Positions 61,854 to 64,000 of a stretch of DNA of 64,000 nucleotides are shown here, piece by piece. The position numbers were made by a program, and so were the translations under genes. Source of the stretch: Klebsormidium nitens (Eukaryota; Plantae; Klebsormidiophyceae); the NCBI GenBank assembly GCA_000708835.1, contig DF237143.1:62001-126000 (forward strand), written 5' to 3'. The stretch's first letter is position 1; each line of letters begins with the position of its first letter. The notes under the pieces are model-generated. The model saw only the letters and a list, made by a program, of their open reading frames with translations, did not search any database and was not told where the DNA came from.

Positions 61854-64000
61854 ATGTTCGCCGCCACTCAGGAGGTAAGAGTGATGGGACAGAATCGTGC
61901 CAACTCCTATGTGGGAGGTGCTGCTTGCAATAAGCATAGATGCTTCCAAGGCTGGTAGCGCCTTGCTCGAATGAGGGAGCGCTCCTCAATGCATCTGCAG
62001 CCAACATGGCATGCAGAGTGAGGTTTTTTCATGCAGAAAAGAAGGACTACAGGCATCGATTCTTGCTAGTCATCCAGGAAGAAGGGGCTTGGATCATTTG
62101 ATCGAACCTCGCCTAGCTTCTGATTGGCCCCCATGTTGCAATCTGCTCAAGCTTTTCTGGACAGTACTTTGCCATCTTGCTCAAACAAGGTTGACACCGC
62201 TTGCAGATTTTTAGGGCACAGCAGTACCTCAGGAAGTGGGTTGGAAAGGCTGCCCCGCAAGCTGGGAGTAATGATTCTCCTAGCAGCCGAGGCAAGTTCC
62301 CCTATGATCTCACAATGGTCGTTTTGAGAAAATTCAATTCAACGTTCTTCGATGCAGCACCTTCACCAGTTCGTCCTTGTTCAAATGTAAAGACCCTACC
62401 GAAGCAAGGATAATGCATCTAAAAGTCGCCGTTCTGCCAATCTTGATCCCCTTGTTTCTGTCTTTTCCGTTGGAAATTGGTAGGACGAGCGAAGGACGGC
62501 TGCGCACTCCTCTTCCTTGAGCTGTTGTAGGACTTTTAAGGACTTTCTTGTGTGTCGTTTGCTGAAGAAACGTTTTCAATATAAGACTGCCTAGGTCAAC
62601 TCAAAAATAAAAGAAAAAGGTATTCCGGCACAGCTGCAAAGCAGACTGAGCTGACTGGCCTGTAACGCCCGTGCTGGCAAACTTAAACATGCATAGGGTA
62701 TGTGGCCCACGAGGTCCTATGCGCAAGGCTCATGAGGGCCATGCTAATATATGCTTGGTCCTTTCCAGGCGCCCTCGGCAGTCCCAAGAAAGAGGGCACT
62801 ACAAGCCCCACAAGCGCAGAAGCGCAGAGCCGATGGGATAACGATCAAGGTAAGGGCCATATCAGTGTTTCGCTTTCGGTTGTAGTTGGTTGCATTTGCT
62901 GGACGGGTTCATTTTCCAACTGAAGCTGACTATCCTACGGGGCTTTGAATAGCTGTGTTCGGCCAGCGTCTACAATGTTCGCTCACTCCCCTCTCCTTCA
63001 AGAAGTTGGGAGGAATCTGCAAAATGTTTCATTCCAATATCCAATCCCTCCCAGTAGCCTAAGGGCAGCTTTATTAGGAGTGCATTCTAAACGGATTCGA
63101 CCCGCCAATCTGCACAAGAGAAGAGAGCCCGCGCACGGTCTGCGGCGCAAGTCATCCGGGGGGGTGGCTTCTTTTTGGACCCATTTGCGAAACCCTACTT
63201 CTTCCAAACCTTTTCTGCCAATCTCTCTGGACTCTCCTACCAGCTTAAACAGCCCTTCTATTCTATAAACGAAGTCAAAACAAAACGGTCATTTTGTGCA
63301 GAGGAAGAGAGCCCCCGCACACTCCTGCGGCGCAAGGTCATCCGCGGGGAGCTCCGCGAGCTGCGCAGCGAGTTCACCGACACGTTGGACCTCTCCATCC
63401 ACGTGGCCACGTGGAATGTCAACGGTCGCCGCCCGCCAGACGGCCTCGAGCTGGACGAATTGCTGGACGTCGAGAACCCTGCAGACATCTACGTTGTCGG
63501 GTTCCAGGTGCGTCCTTTGATACTAAAGGTACAGGGGGTTCTGGCAAACCTGCAAGCACGGACCGGAAAAATTTTTTCAGCGTGCGAGTCTGGGCGGTTC
63601 AGTTGCTACCAAAGTCGCCTCAATTGAGGCGCCAGATTGGAAATATAGATGGGAACAGGGGTCAAATTGCTGAAAACTGCAGTGTCGTGCTTACTGGGGC
63701 TTGCAGTTGAAGATTCCGAAACGGGGAGCGTCTCAATCTCTGTCTCGCTCCTTCTCGTCTCTGTGGGTCCGGGTCGTTTATGTGCAAGCAATGCTGTGAA
63801 GCTAGGAGCTGACAGTAAGAATTTGCTTCTACGAAGCGCCAACAAAGCTTTGCCTCCGCTGTTCAGGAGATCGTCCCGCTGAACGCAAACAGCGTCCTCA
63901 TTGGCGACATGGGCGAGGCCGCCGCTCGCTGGGAAGCCTTGATCCACGAAACGCTGGTCGCCTATCCGGCCGACAAAGAGAGTGGCGGCATGGAAGCACA
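61854..64000 (+). CDS. Type I inositol polyphosphate 5-phosphatase (plant 5PTase/CVP2-like), 5' part; continues past the window
   Basis: Proposed exons 61854-61874, 62207-62291, 62769-62849, 63302-63507, 63868-end. Motifs LSIHVATWNVNGRRPPDGLELDELL..PADIYVVGFQ joined to EIVPLNANSVL..AARWEALIHETL. The 5' exons are less certain. Confidence 0.85.

Overview
Eukaryotic nuclear DNA: intron-rich (GT-AG, introns mostly a few hundred bp), so the supplied ORF track mainly shows exon fragments and antisense shadows. I rebuilt gene models by hand from splice sites and codon phase. The gene set (EXORDIUM, Root_cap, UPF0114, ERD7/senescence, plant-type 5-phosphatase, cyanobacterial-type GyrA) together with a flagellar gene (AK7) suggests a streptophyte alga such as Klebsormidium; this is inference, not checked. 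Order: secreted Phi-1/EXORDIUM + Root_cap fusion (+); hypothetical coiled-coil gene (-); UPF0114 (+); amidase-signature enzyme (-); senescence/spartin ERD7-like (+); two intronless F-box/LRR-like paralogs (-), one broken by an in-frame TAA, with a 187-bp MITE-like element between them; organellar gyrA (-); peroxisomal isocitrate lyase (+); adenylate kinase 7-like (-); inositol polyphosphate 5-phosphatase (+, runs off the window). I found no rRNA, tRNA, CRISPR array, prophage or defence system. The most notable items are the EXORDIUM-Root_cap fusion, the bacterial-looking but intron-rich amidase, the TIR/TSD element, enrichment of the palindrome TGACGTCA (often at branch points), and four head-to-head gene pairs, two of which carry bZIP-type motif clusters.
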